Assembly: GCF_036321535.1 (NCBI RefSeq)
Contig: NC_087472.1
Span: 101,372,001-101,436,000 of the forward strand
From: Camelus dromedarius
Taxonomy: Eukaryota
Direction: 5' to 3'
DNA length: 64,000 nucleotides
Below the pieces are notes generated by a model. It saw nothing but the letters and a program-made list of their open reading frames with translations. It had not been told where the DNA came from and did not search any database. Positions 1-11,473 of this stretch are shown here, piece by piece; position 1 is the first letter of the stretch, and each line of letters starts with the position of its first letter. Made by a program: the position numbers and the translations under genes.

Positions 1-1081
1 ACTGAAAGGTATCAAAAAAAAGTTGCCATTGATATATACTAAGAGAATGGAGCCAAGCTACGGAACAATGGAGGAATGCCTAATTCATTATGCCAGAAAA
101 TGGATTGTTACCATCAATACCACATGGAGTTAATCATTTCCAAAGAACTATAATGCCAAGTTATCCATAACACTGCACCTAAATGGAATAATGTTTTATT
201 TTTTCTTTGATCTGTCAAAGGTGCTTCAAGCTTTGCCAGGACCTTAGTGACACTATCAACATTTCATTGTATAGTTCCTATGAATTACACAGGCCTTGTG
301 ATATCCCGGAGGTTAATTGAATTTTTAAAATCCCTGGTATTATCTTGTTTACTTGTCATTTATTTATGCTTTGTAAAATAACACAGAACCTGCCCCCCTT
401 TTCTTTTTCTGGCTATTTGCAATTAGCTTAAATGGGAGTTTTTTCTCTATACCTAAGAGTGAGGATGAGAACAGCCAGTTGAAACACAAAGCTTTAAAGA
501 AAGGTGGATAAAATTCAGGTAATTTTTGCTGGTGTTGGGAGACTGACAAAATACGTGTATGTGTGGTGGGGGCGGGATCTTTCCACCTTTTCCTTGATAG
601 GATTTGGGTTAGAATAGTCCTGATGCACATAAAAAAGTGAATGAGGAGACTCTGGATTTTGTTCTTAAGTCCTCAGTGCTCTGGGCATCTATACATCTTA
701 AGCTTTATCAGGTGAGGCTGGAGGCTGGCCTCCTGCCCAAGCTGTGTCCACCTGCACCAGCAGTGAGTGATCAGCACAGTGATGGCCATTCATCTTTTCT
801 CTCTGTCCTGGGGTTGGGTTTAGGGTGTGCACGCTCTTTCCCCTAGAAGCCATGGACCAGTATTCCAATATGGTGGGTGGGCAATGCCAGCCTGCTCTCA
901 ATCCCCATATCCTGGCCCCAGCCCGCCAAGCTAACAAGAACAGTGAGGCAGGGCAGTACAAGTGCCAGCCTGGGGGGCCATGGGACCTGAGTTCTTGCCT
1001 GGCCTCTGTCATCTTTTTTTAATCAGATTTCTGGGTCTCAGTAGAAGGTGATGTTTCCTTATCTTGAAAGCAAGGAGGGCC

Positions 1082-1200
1082 ATTCATTTTAACTAACATT
1101 TGGTGAGCACCTAGCACATACAAGACTCTGCCCTGGATCCTGGACAAAAATAAAAGTAAGACATGATTCCTTTCCTCAAGGGATTCAAAGTGAAGAACCT
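1082..1200 (-). mobile_element. L2 LINE 3' end fragment
   Basis: attcattttaactaacatttggtgagcacctagcac...agtaagacatgattcctttcctcaagg resembles the reverse complement of the L2 3' terminus. Confidence 0.6.
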
Positions 1201-1274
1201 GGGCAGTGTAGACAAACTTGGAGACAGATAATGCAGTAAGTTCTTAATCCTGTATAAACAGAATACTGTCAAAG

Positions 1275-1475
1275 CATAGAGCATAGCCATTAAAAGCACA
1301 TGCTTTCCAGCCAGACTGCTTGAGTTCAAGATCTGGCTTTGCCTCTATAAGCTGTGTGACCTTGAGCAAATTACTTAATCTCTCTGTGCCTCAGTGTCTC
1401 ATCTTTCAAATGGAGGTGATAATTCTACCTGCCTCTTCAGATTATTCAAGCAATTATGACAGTGCCTAGTATGTA
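1275..1475 (+). mobile_element. MIR SINE
   Basis: MIR core gctgtgtgaccttgagcaaattacttaatctctctgtgcctcagtgtctcatct. Confidence 0.85.
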
Positions 1476-2247
1476 ATGATCTCTACCTATATTCATATAT
1501 AATGATAATGTTCTAGAATTCTCATAAGTCCATGGGGCTGCAAAGGAACTAGTGAAAGAAAGGGAATCCTTAATTTAAAAAAAAATCTAACTGCATTTCC
1601 AAGAGAATGAAGATGAATAAGCATATTCCATGCTTATTAGGTATCAGTTGGTTCACTAACATCCCTGCTCCCCTTGGGTGCCCATAAGTCAGCGTCCAGG
1701 CTGCCAAGCAGGAGTGTTTGGCACGGTTAGGGGTGTTCTGCATTAAGACTAGGGAAGGACCATTCTTTGATCTGCCACCAGCTCCCAGGGAACACACACG
1801 GAGAAGCTAACCATCTCCTTGCCCACCCGGCTCGGGCAGACCGTGGGAGAGAAGTCTGCAACAGGAACATTTTTGGGCCTCACTGATTCCTGTGCCTGAG
1901 AGGGAAAGTAGGAGGGTGAGTAGGTCTTTATGCTTGGAAGTTGCAAACATGAAGGCAGAACTTGGCCCTGGCAGGAATGAGAGCCATGGGGCTGGCTGGA
2001 TGTCAGCGGACTCAGGCTGAGTGAGGGCAGCTGTGGGCTGCTTGGGAACGTCCTTCTGGGAGTGGGAGCTGGAAAGAAAAAGGGCGGAGAGACAGAGGAG
2101 ACTGGGCTGGGATCTTGATGAGGAATTTGAGAGAAGGGAGACTATGTTCGGCCTCGGAGATACAATGTTCAGAAGGACAGGAAAATCAGGTACATTAGGC
2201 ACACACCTGAGATATGCATGGAGTGGAGATGGTCAGACTCATGGGAG

Positions 2248-2690
2248 CAGGGATGTGCTGGTAAATATTTAAGAATCAGCTCTCTTCGGAGAAGAAAGGC
2301 AAGGAGGGGACTCCTTTATAGAATCTGCTGATTTTCCTAGTGTAAATCCTACCACTGTGGCTGACTTCAAGTCATGTATGTGATGTCACTAGATGTGGGG
2401 TCTGGAAGAGTTGCTGGCTGGCACCGTATCATATCTGATTTCCCCCTATGCATACAGTAGACACACAGGTCACCTCAAGCGCCAGGGTAATAGTCAAATG
2501 TTGTAAACGGATTAGGAAGTGATGAGCTTTGAGTGTTTATTACTTTTGTTTGAATATAATTTATTTAATTGTAATTTTCTATAATTTCATTTTAAATAAT
2601 GACCATTGTTTACAGTGGGCTTGCAAAATTTCTGAAAATTTAACAATTGACCCTTGGAAGCTGGTTCAAGCTGGCTTCAAAGCATATCAA
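2248..2690. mobile_element. hAT-Blackjack MITE, MER63-like
   Basis: Starts cagggatgtgctggtaaatatttaagaatcagctctc and ends gctggttcaagctggcttcaaagca, resembling remembered MER63 termini. Confidence 0.6.
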
Positions 2691-2835
2691 TTTTCTCTAT
2701 GGTAAAATAAGAGCCTCCTTTTCTTCATACTGTCTAGATCACAGGGTTCTTGTGAGGGTTGGAAAAATATGTGAAAGCGTTTCAAGAACTGTAAGCAGCA
2801 TATAAATATTATATACAACTAAAACATATTCTCAT

Positions 2836-3055
2836 GGGAAGAGTATAACCTAGTGGTTGACAAGGCAGGTTCTGGAGCCAGTCTGCCTAAGTTGAACCCT
2901 GGCTCTACTCTTTTTTCGCTGTGTGACCTTAGGCAGACCCTTGCCCTCTCTGAGCCTCAGTTTTCTCATTTGTAGGATTTGAGAGGCTGAACTGAGTTAA
3001 TATTGTAAAGCATCCAGAACTGTGTCTAGCATACAGTAAGCACCATTTAAATATT
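2836..3055 (+). mobile_element. MIR SINE
   Basis: tctggagccagtctgcctaagttgaaccctggctct...gctgtgtgaccttaggc...ctctctgagcctcagttttctcatttgta. Confidence 0.85.
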
Positions 3056-3544
3056 GACTAAAATTGTTTACTAAGTTAAACAGTAGTAAGTCTGCAATTC
3101 TTCCAGAACCAGAAGGCCTTTTAACTGGGGAGCCCAAGAGCCTAGCCTCCACCTCCATCCCCACCCCGCTTGGTTTTAATGGGACAGCTCTCCTCTATGG
3201 TAATAGAATTTCTCCTTTGCTAACAGGCAATGCTTTTTAGATAATGAACCCTGAGGCCTAGTTCGGAGATAAAGATGCTGCTAGAATCAGATTCCACGGC
3301 CATTCACCACAGTGGTGGGGGTGGGGAGGAAAGAGAGCTATCTTATTACATGCCTGGCTGGCTCAATTACTTCAGTCCTGACCTAGGCAGACGCTGGAGC
3401 CAGCCCGGGGTAGAGCTCCAGAGTTCAAGGGACCATTAGCTGCCCCGCAGAACGTGGTCTCATTTACTATCTCAAGACAGGAAGTGGAAGCAAACCTACC
3501 CACCAAAGGCCCCAGGGCTGGCCAGGGTAAGAAAGTAGACAGAC

Positions 3545-3580
3545 GGGTCTAGAGAGATGGAGGGTCTAGAGAGATGGAGG
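3545..3580 (+). repeat. 17-bp perfect tandem duplication (gggtctagagagatgga x2)
   Basis: Read directly at 3545-3561 and 3562-3578. Confidence 0.9.
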
Positions 3581-3959
3581 ACGGCACGAGGGAGGGGACA
3601 GGAGCCGCGGCTGCGATGTCAGCCGCAGACTGCTTCAAAGAGTCTGGGGGGTGAGGCAGAAGGTTCTGAGGCAAAGTCAGGGCCAGATTTGGTGGGGGAG
3701 GAAGGTGGTTGGGAAGGCAGTCAGGACCTCCTCACCAGGGACGAAGAAGTCTGGTGCCATGAAATAAGAATAGAAAGGCAGAAGCAAAGAAGGGTTTGGT
3801 CCGCAAGGTGGAAAAATCCAGGCAGGCTGCTATGACCAGGTTTTTCCAACTAAGGCATGGCAACCATTACAGAGTCCTGAATTCCATGGAGTGGGTCAAA
3901 ACCAGCATTTCCTCTTTCTTATCAAAGTAGAATAAAAGAGCGTGGCATAGACTGCATAG

Positions 3960-4412
3960 GTGCTCGTCAATCCCAGTTCCTCTTCCTGGGTGCTCAGACT
4001 ATGTTTCCCTGTGGCCCTTACAGTTAGGTTGGAGCCTTGTAACTAGGTTCTAGCTATGGAGTGTAGGCAAAAGTGAGATAAGCCACTTATAAGCCTAATC
4101 ACAAAATCCCCTGAATGACTCTCTCTCTGTCTCTCTGTCTCTGTCTCTGCTCTGCCTCTCTCTCTCTGTGCCTCTGTCTCTTTCACTCTCTCTCCCCTTC
4201 TCTCCTTTCTACCACAATTGTGTGTTGAATCAGATGTTGTTGAAGATGGTGATATCATAATATAGAAGGATCCCTGGAGGAGGAAGAAAGCCACTAAGTA
4301 GAGCTGCCTAATCTGCACTGGGCTAGGACATGAACAAGAAAAATACTTTTATTTTAAGCCACTGAGATTTTGGGGCTGTTTGTTTCAGTGCTTAGCAAGC
4401 ACTGCCCTGACT
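3960..4412 (+). mobile_element. MaLR LTR (MLT1J-like) with TC-rich microsatellite at ~4120-4208
   Basis: MLT1 3' end ttttaagccactgagatttttggggctgtttgtttcag; 5' part cccttacagttaggttggagccttgtaactaggttctagc. Confidence 0.7.
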
Positions 4413-4419
4413 AATAAAA

Positions 4420-4512
4420 ATAACAGAATAAAATGGAATGGAGTGGAAAGGAAGAATAGAATGGAATAAGTGAAAATAGAACAGAATGGAGTGGAATAGA
4501 ATAGAATAGAAA
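4420..4512 (+). repeat. Degenerate (GAATA/GGAAT)n pentamer repeat
   Basis: aacagaataaaatggaatggagtggaaaggaagaatagaatggaat...gaatagaatagaatagaa. Confidence 0.75.
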
Positions 4513-4789
4513 CTATCAAAGTGCATTGCAGTTAGTAAAAAGTAAATTTGTTTGTTGAAAAATTTGTTTCAGTTCATGTGTATATACTTAACTTGTTTTA
4601 TTTTTTGCCAGAGGAAGAGGTAAAAAGTTTTGAAAATCACTGCCTTAGAGCTGGAAGGAGGTTTGGGGAGTGTGAAAGAAGAAAAAGCTTTAGGTAAAAG
4701 CTTTAGGTAAGATTGGGATTGCTTATTGACCACACCACCCTTTTAAGGAAGGTGCTGTAGATTTGCTCAGTACCCCTATCTTATGTCTA

Positions 4790-5320
4790 GTTGTAGTAGA
4801 AATTTGTTATTTGTGCTTGCTGGTCTGCTCTCTCTTCCACTGAGAATAGCATCCCAGTCTTAGTCCATATAGTTTGTCTGGGGCTGTCTCTACCCCTTTG
4901 ATATCAAGGTGGAGGACACATGTATGAAGCCTGGACAATCAAAGTGTTTCATTCCTGGAACCATAGTGATTGGTTCAGGGATGAACACAGGACCCAAGTT
5001 GGTCCAACCAGAGTTAAAACTGGGACTTTGGCTGGAGTGATAAAAGTATGTGCTTTGTTCCCTTGTTGTGGAGCTGTGGGGATATGAATCTGAAATTGCT
5101 GAGGCTGTCCTGCCATGACAGGGGAGAACTTGCCAGAGAATAGAACCACCATTGGGGAAGGCTGAGCTAGAGAACAAACAAGACCAAGTCCCAATGACAT
5201 CATTTGAACCCCTGGATCTAGCCATGCCTGAAGTCATCCCTGTAGTTTGTAGTTGAGTCTATAAATTCAGTTCTTGGCTTCTTCCAGATTGGATTGAGTT
5301 TTGTAACTGAGAGTCCTGAG
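4790..5320 (+). mobile_element. MaLR LTR (MLT1K/L-like)
   Basis: gtgattggttcagggatgaacacaggacccaagttggtccaaccagag; ctggatctagccatgcctgaag; ends gtaactgagagtcctga. Confidence 0.75.
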
Positions 5321-5569
5321 GCTGTGGTCCTCTGCATTTTTAAGATGTCTCTTCCTTGGTAAAATGGGCCTCAGGAAGGAATTAAAGTGGAAAACAGCTG
5401 GTCCTCAGGCTCCTCCAGGCTTTGCCAGGGAAAAGTGGTTTCAATCACAGAAGAATCAGGCTTCCACATACGGAAAAACTATAAGGTAAAATCAAGGAGA
5501 AATTCATTTTTTCTTGTTTTGTTTTGAGGGGATGAAGAACAGATGAATGCCATTACAACTACTAATACA

Positions 5570-5900
5570 TTTCTCTTCATTTGTTCAACAAATATTTATT
5601 GACTACCTTCCATGTGTTAAGAACTATGTTAGGCCCTGGAGACACAACATTGAGTAATAACAGAGCAAATTCTTGTTAAGAGCTTACTATGTGTCAGACT
5701 CTGTTCTGGGAACTTTATGCTTATTAACTATTTTGGCCTTTACATCTACCCTATCTGGCAGATAAGTTTTACCATCTCCCATTTTATAGATGAGGAAACT
5801 GAGGCACAGCAAGATTGAGGTAGGAAGAAGGAGAACTAGTTTTGAACTTGGGGATACCAGCTTCAAGTCTGAGTGTTAAAATCATTGAACCACACTGCCA
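5570..5900 (-). mobile_element. L2 3' end followed by MIR
   Basis: ttcatttgttcaacaaatatttattgactacc (L2); cccattttatagatgaggaaactgaggcacag (MIR core, reverse). Confidence 0.8.
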
Positions 5901-6129
5901 TGGCCCTAGCTCACTCAAAGCTCATAGTGGTTTCTACAAAGAACCATCCCAAGAGTCTCTTAGGATCTCTGCTCTGAATTAGAATCCAGTTTAACAAACT
6001 CTGACTGACTTGAACTGCAGCATCACTTGTTGAATTCCAGGCTCTGCTCAACTTACCTTTGTGAAATTAGTCTTTAGCTATTAATATGTGTGACTCTGGA
6101 AGGGGAAGAGGGGATAAAAGGTCACTTAG

Positions 6130-6375
6130 AGATACAGTTTAGTCTAATGGTTAAAAGCACAGTTTTTGGACTCATCTGAGATACTGGGTTCAACTCTCTA
6201 CTCTGCCATTTTCTAGCTGTGTGACCCTGCAGAAGTTACTGACCCTCTCTGAGCTTCTGTCTCTTCATCTTGGAAATGGGGTTAATGATTTCACTTCATC
6301 TGATTGTTGCACAACTGGAACAAGGTAATGAAGTGCCTGGGGCAAAGTCAGCACCCAGTAAATGCTGGTTGTGAT
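6130..6375 (+). mobile_element. MIR SINE
   Basis: ctgggttcaactctctactctgccattttctagctgtgtgaccctgcagaagttactgaccctctctgagcttc. Confidence 0.8.
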
Positions 6376-7399
6376 AGCTCTTCCTCTTTGGCTTTCTCTG
6401 TTACATGAGGAGTTGGGCAAGATGCTCTCTGAGGTTTCTGCTGGCATATGTTTGTGTGACTAGAATTTTCCAAATGCTAATTTGGGAATGGCAAATTCCC
6501 ATTGTCATGGTTTTTCTTCTTAAAGAATTATTTTCTGTTGTGTCTCTGTAAAATTGGGCTTTTGGTGCTAGTTTGCAGCCACAGGAGCTTAAGACTTTTA
6601 CATGACATCATAAGTTGGTGCCCATAAAAGTGATGAAATGCCATATACCAAACAGTGAGGAAGAGTATTCCAAGGACCCTAGTTCAAATCTGGACATTCT
6701 TCTCTGGTGGGTGGGGGTGTATGGCTTGGCTTCCCCTTCCTTGACTCCTCTAATAATTCTGGAGACACTCCCACCCCCAAGCTAGAGGAGGAATTGTTGG
6801 AGGGGGCACGGAGTGAGGAAGAGTAAAAGAGGGGAAAGCAAAGACAGCAGGACAGGGAGGAGTGTGGGGAGGGGGAAGGGATGGAAAGGCTAGAAGTCAA
6901 CGAAGAGAATACAGAGAAAGAAGAACTGGGTAGGCAGACTAGGGAAATCAGCTCAGACCTCACCATGAAATGTTCAGTCTGTTCTAGTAAAACTTGATTT
7001 CTAAAATGTCCTGTTGGAAACGTAGAACGAATCCAAAAATAGAGATTTATATTGGGTTGAGGAAAAATGAATGACCATCGCATGCTGCTTAGGAGCAAAA
7101 CTGTCATGATACCATTGACCTTTTTTCCACTCTGCAGGTCATTCACAAACCATAATTTATTTCATTGCTGAAATACAACACCACATGCAATACAAACCAA
7201 AAATAGGTGAAAAAGACTAAATGTCTATATTCCTCAGAGAGACCCTCTCCAATGGGATGAATTTTCCTTCCTTCATTCACTTATTCATTGCTTTATCTAC
7301 CAGCCACTCATTGGGCATCTACTTTGTGCCATGCCCCATGTTAGATGGTAGAGATTCAGAGATAAGTAAGACATGATTCCTGCCCTGTAAAGAATGATA

Positions 7400-7938
7400 A
7401 TGCAGTGCCAGTTTTGACACTTCTCCCATCTAGAGGTGAGGGACCATATCCCTTCCCCTTGAATCTTATCTGGTCTTAATGACTCACTTGTAACCAATGG
7501 AAGTAATGTATCAGGTTAAGTTATAAAAGGTAATACAGCTTCTGCTTTGCTTTCTGGAGCATTTACACTAAGAGACTTGAACTGCCATGAAAGATGTCCT
7601 ACCACCCTGAGGCCACCATGGTGTGAGGAAGCCCAAGCAACTACATGAAGTGGCCATGTGTACAAGTTGTGATAAACAGATGTCCCAGCCAATAGCCAGC
7701 ATTAACTGCCAGATGTTGAGTGAAGATCCTCCAGGTGATTTCAGCCCCCAGCCATTCAGTCACCTCCAACCACTGAATCTTCCTAACTTAGGTCCCAAAC
7801 AACATGGAACAGAGGCAAACCATCCCTACTGTGCCCTGTTTGATTTACTGACTCAGAATCTGGCTATGGACATAATAATAGTGTTGCTTTATGTCACTAA
7901 ATTTTGGGATAATTTGTAGTAGTAGTAGTAATCGGAAC
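7400..7938 (+). mobile_element. MaLR LTR (MLT1G/H-like), adjacent to an L2 fragment at ~7270-7400
   Basis: ggccaccatggtgtgaggaagcccaagcaactacatg; ends aaattttgggataatttgtagtagtagtagtaatcggaaca. Confidence 0.75.
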
Positions 7939-8354
7939 ACTTTCTAGTGATTGTTAAAATCCCAAATAAATCTGGAAACACAGTTATTAAATGACCACCA
8001 TGGTCCTCATCCCCAAAGGTGTTTATCAGTTTCCCATTTATAATACTCCCTGGGACTTACAAACAGCATTTTAAAGAGTTACTGTTCTCAGGAAGCTGAA
8101 AGCCTCAGTTGGACAGACCCACCCAAGAGGCTTAACTGAGAACCAGAATATGTCAAGGGGACCAAAAATCTGACCCTTCAAGAAGCTTTATGAATGCAAC
8201 AGCCTAAAAATGACAACAAAATCTCTTCTTTATACCATGATTCAGGTATGTGCCAACTGCTTAAAATCAACTTCATTTCCCACCAGTTGTTCTTTTCTTA
8301 GAGTGCAGATACCTAATCATGATATCCATGCATCAAATAAAATATGATTCCATC

Positions 8355-8510
8355 ATAGACTCATGGAATACTGAATCTAAAGGAGGTTTACAGATCTCCT
8401 GATTCAACTCGCACACTTACCTAATGAGGAAATTACTGAGGTCCAGAAGATTGGGTTCCTTGTCCAGGGCAACACAGCTAGTTAGTGGTCAGGTGCCAGG
8501 AACCAGGGCC
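8355..8510 (-). mobile_element. MIR SINE fragment
   Basis: aatgaggaaattactgaggtccagaagattgggttccttgtccagggcaacacagctagttagtgg. Confidence 0.7.
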
Positions 8511-8554
8511 CCCCTCTCATTTGTATACAGTCTCTTCTCCCTGGACATCAGGGA

Positions 8555-8812
8555 AGGCATTGTACTCAAGGTGGCATCATGGGGAAGTTCCAAACACAGG
8601 TCATGGAGTCCAACAGAACTCCCAGTTCTGCTCCTTCACACTAGCTGTGTGAATATAGCCAAGTTACTTAACTTCTCTGAGCCTCTGATTTCTCCTCTGT
8701 AAAATGGGGGATAATTATGAAACTTACCAACCAGGGTTCATTATGAGAGTTCATTGAGATGATGCACAGAAAGCACATCGCATTTTGCCTGGTCCAGTTT
8801 GTAGTAAGCAGT
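8555..8812 (+). mobile_element. MIR SINE
   Basis: ctagctgtgtgaatatagccaagttacttaacttctctgagcctctgatttctcctctgtaaaatgggggataat. Confidence 0.85.
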
Positions 8813-9524
8813 TACAAAGTCCAGCTCTCTCTAGAATGAAACATTCTGGCCTGTACCTTGAAGAAGTGGACTTGAGGCTGAGTGAGGAGGTTTGCTTCAT
8901 TGTTTTCTAGTTTGAGGGTGATCAAAGGTTGTCCAGGCTGGCACTGCCGCCAGCCCTCTGGGAGAAGTAAGTGGCTGCTGGCCTCATTCGAGTACCTGTG
9001 AGGTTGCTGCATCCTTGCCTCTCTTCCCTGGATGCTGACAGATAACTCCTTGGCTTGTCCATCTGAGACATTCCCCTCCACCTGTGAATGTTGTTTCAAC
9101 TCCACTGGGCATAATGTACCTCGATCTAGTTCCTTTCCCTCTTGCTTCTCCTTGTCACCTCTCAGAGTTGAGGGCTCATTGTGGATGTCAATAAGGGGCT
9201 GCGATGTCATCAGTTTCCTGCCTTCTTCCACCAGTGGAGCCCCATGGGAGCTGCACAGTGCACCCCTGGGGCAATAAAAGTTCACCTGCTCACTTCTGGC
9301 ACCTGGTACCTCAGAGCACCCTGGTGACCTCAAATCCTGAGGCAGCCTCCAGAGCTCAGCTACAAAGCAAGGGAGAGAACTGTGGGGGGCCCCAGACAGA
9401 AGCAAGTTGAGAGGACAGCCCAAGCGAACATTCCTGTCCAGGTGTGTGGAACAGATCTTATGCTAATGGTGCCCATTACCAGAGAGAATAGATTAAATCT
9501 CCTTTCAACTTTCTGAGGCCCAGG

Positions 9525-10160
9525 AGGCATTCACAAGCATTTCTTATAAATGTACAGTGTGCTAGGCATTATCTTAAGCCCACAGGAAGGGTACAAAGAT
9601 GAACAAATTGGCAACCTCCCTGCTTTCTATGAGCTCGTAGTTTTGTGAGAGAAGCCAGATTCAGAAACAATGACAACATAGTGTGATCAATGTTGAATTT
9701 GCGACAATAGCAAGGGACAGAGGGCGTGGCTGTTGGTGCTGTCAGAGGTAGAGGGAGCGGTGAGGAAGTCTTCACAGAAGAGGTGCTCAACAAAGAGTAG
9801 AGGTTGCTAAGGTGCCAAGTGAGATTCAGGCCTAAGGAACAGCATGTGCGAAAAAAGGGCAGCAGTCTGAAAGAACGCGGAGTGTTTGGGGGAGTACAAA
9901 CCATCTGGTGGGAAAGGAAAAAGGTGGTGGGAAAGGTTAAAAAATGATATAGGGCCAGATAAGAGAGCCCTTGGCTGGATATACAATGGGGAGTTTGTAC
10001 TTTATTTCCTAGGTGAAATGGAGTTACTGATGGTTATTGAGCAGGGGAATGACATGCCATTTTGTATTCCTGAAGGATAATACTGCTTCCAGTGTAGAGG
10101 ATGAAGCTGAGGGGCCTGAACTAAATGCAGAGAGAGCAATCAGCAGGCTCTGACTTCATC
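9525..10160 (-). mobile_element. L2 LINE fragment
   Basis: Purine-rich L2-like text: gaggaagtcttcacagaagaggtg, ggaacagcatgtgcgaaaa, gagtttgtactttatttcctaggtgaaatggagttactgatggttattgagcagggg. Confidence 0.7.
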
Positions 10161-10694
10161 TAGACAGGGTGGGATGGGTTCTTCCGTGTGGCAAGGACCC
10201 TCGGGGTGGGGGCTGGCGGAGTTCCATCTAGCTACAGCCTGACCAGACTGAACTTATCCACCTCCCTTCTGTATCCCCCAGACTCTGACTAGGAGTAAGT
10301 GCTCCATAAATATGTGTTAAAGGAATGCACAAATGTGGGATGTCCCGCCCCACAAGGACTCCCCATGATGTGAATCAGTGACCTCGCAAGAGCCCAAATT
10401 GTGCTTGGATCTTGACCTCCTGACATAGAAAAAGGAGGTTTCAGTCTGCAGCAGGTCAAATCAGGACTGGATTGCTCTGCTCCCTGTCACTCTAGGTAGC
10501 AAAAGTCTCATTATTTAGGAAGAGCAATGGACAGATTTTGTTCGGAGGTCAGGGACAAAGGAACAGAAATCAGGCAGATGATTTTGACTGTGATGTTAAA
10601 AATGCTACAGATACAGGCATTTGCTGCTTTGCACTACTGTCCCTTACAGTTCCAGAGGCCATTCAGAGCTGTTAGCTCACCTTTGTGTCTATAT

Positions 10695-11150
10695 GTCCTG
10701 GGGGGTAGGCACCTTTGGTGCCCCCAGAAGCAGATCCTGAAACAAAGTCTTAAATGCAAGTTGTTTATTTGGAAGGAGGAAACACTGGTTGGAAAGTGGA
10801 GGAGTGAGAGGGGAAGGGAAGGGAGCCACAGTTGCGTGTGATAATAAGCAAGTCCCCACTATGGGCTCCTGGAGATCAGTCCCAGTGGGGACCTCCGGGG
10901 GAGAGTGTTGAACATTCCAGAGTTATCCCGCTGCTGGGATGAGGAAGCTGGGGTATTTCTCCACCAACTCCCCATCTGTCATCGTTTGAGGGCTGCTTTC
11001 AGGGGCGTGAACTCTCCAGCATTTCCATCTTGCCCTGAGCACCAGTTCAGTGTGTTCTCATAGACAGTTACAGATATTGGCAGTAAGCAGCGTTAGGTGT
11101 GTAGGGGGAAGTGCAGGGTACGTGTGGGTGCCAATAGGGTCTGTTACCGG
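10695..11150 (-). mobile_element. ERVL LTR (LTR16-like)
   Basis: ccccagaagcagatcctgaaacaaagtcttaaatgcaagttgtttatttggaagg resembles the reverse complement of the LTR16 3' end. Confidence 0.7.
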
Positions 11151-11457
11151 TGCTTATAACCACAGGGAGGGCATCCAGCCCCACCCTAGAAAGATTCTTC
11201 AGTCCCGAGCTTAGGAAGGAAAGGGTGTGTGATAAACACTGAGGTTTAATGGAAATGCACTACTGTTTTCATATGGGGTATGGAGGTGCAAGTGTCAGAA
11301 GCCTGGATTTAAAAAAAAAAATCTTTGTGTCTCATTCATAGTACAATCAGATGATCGCTTGGGCTTTGGCATATTTTCTAGCTCGTTGAGGGTGGATGGT
11401 AGGGTAGTACCATTCCATGGCATGGCTCAGAGGCAGGAGTATCCCCATAATTTCCTT

Positions 11458-11473
11458 CCTCCAAAGCCACTTT
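11458..11473 (+). repeat. TSD of the RPL5 retrocopy (cctccaaagccacttt), left copy
   Basis: Identical 16-mer at 12489-12504. Confidence 0.92.

Larger units (their letters stand above)
3837..4643. mobile_element. hAT-Charlie-like non-autonomous element interrupted by an MLT1 LTR
   Basis: Starts caggtttttccaac and ends gttttgaaaatcactg (TIR-like); contains a GAATA-rich internal tract. Confidence 0.45.

Noticed and set aside
6679..7146. 155-aa minus-strand ORF
   Set aside because: Ser/Leu/Pro-rich translation of a purine-rich low-complexity tract.
8812..9423. 203-aa minus-strand ORF
   Set aside because: Begins at a non-ATG codon (TTG), resembles no protein I know and has no exon context; probably chance.
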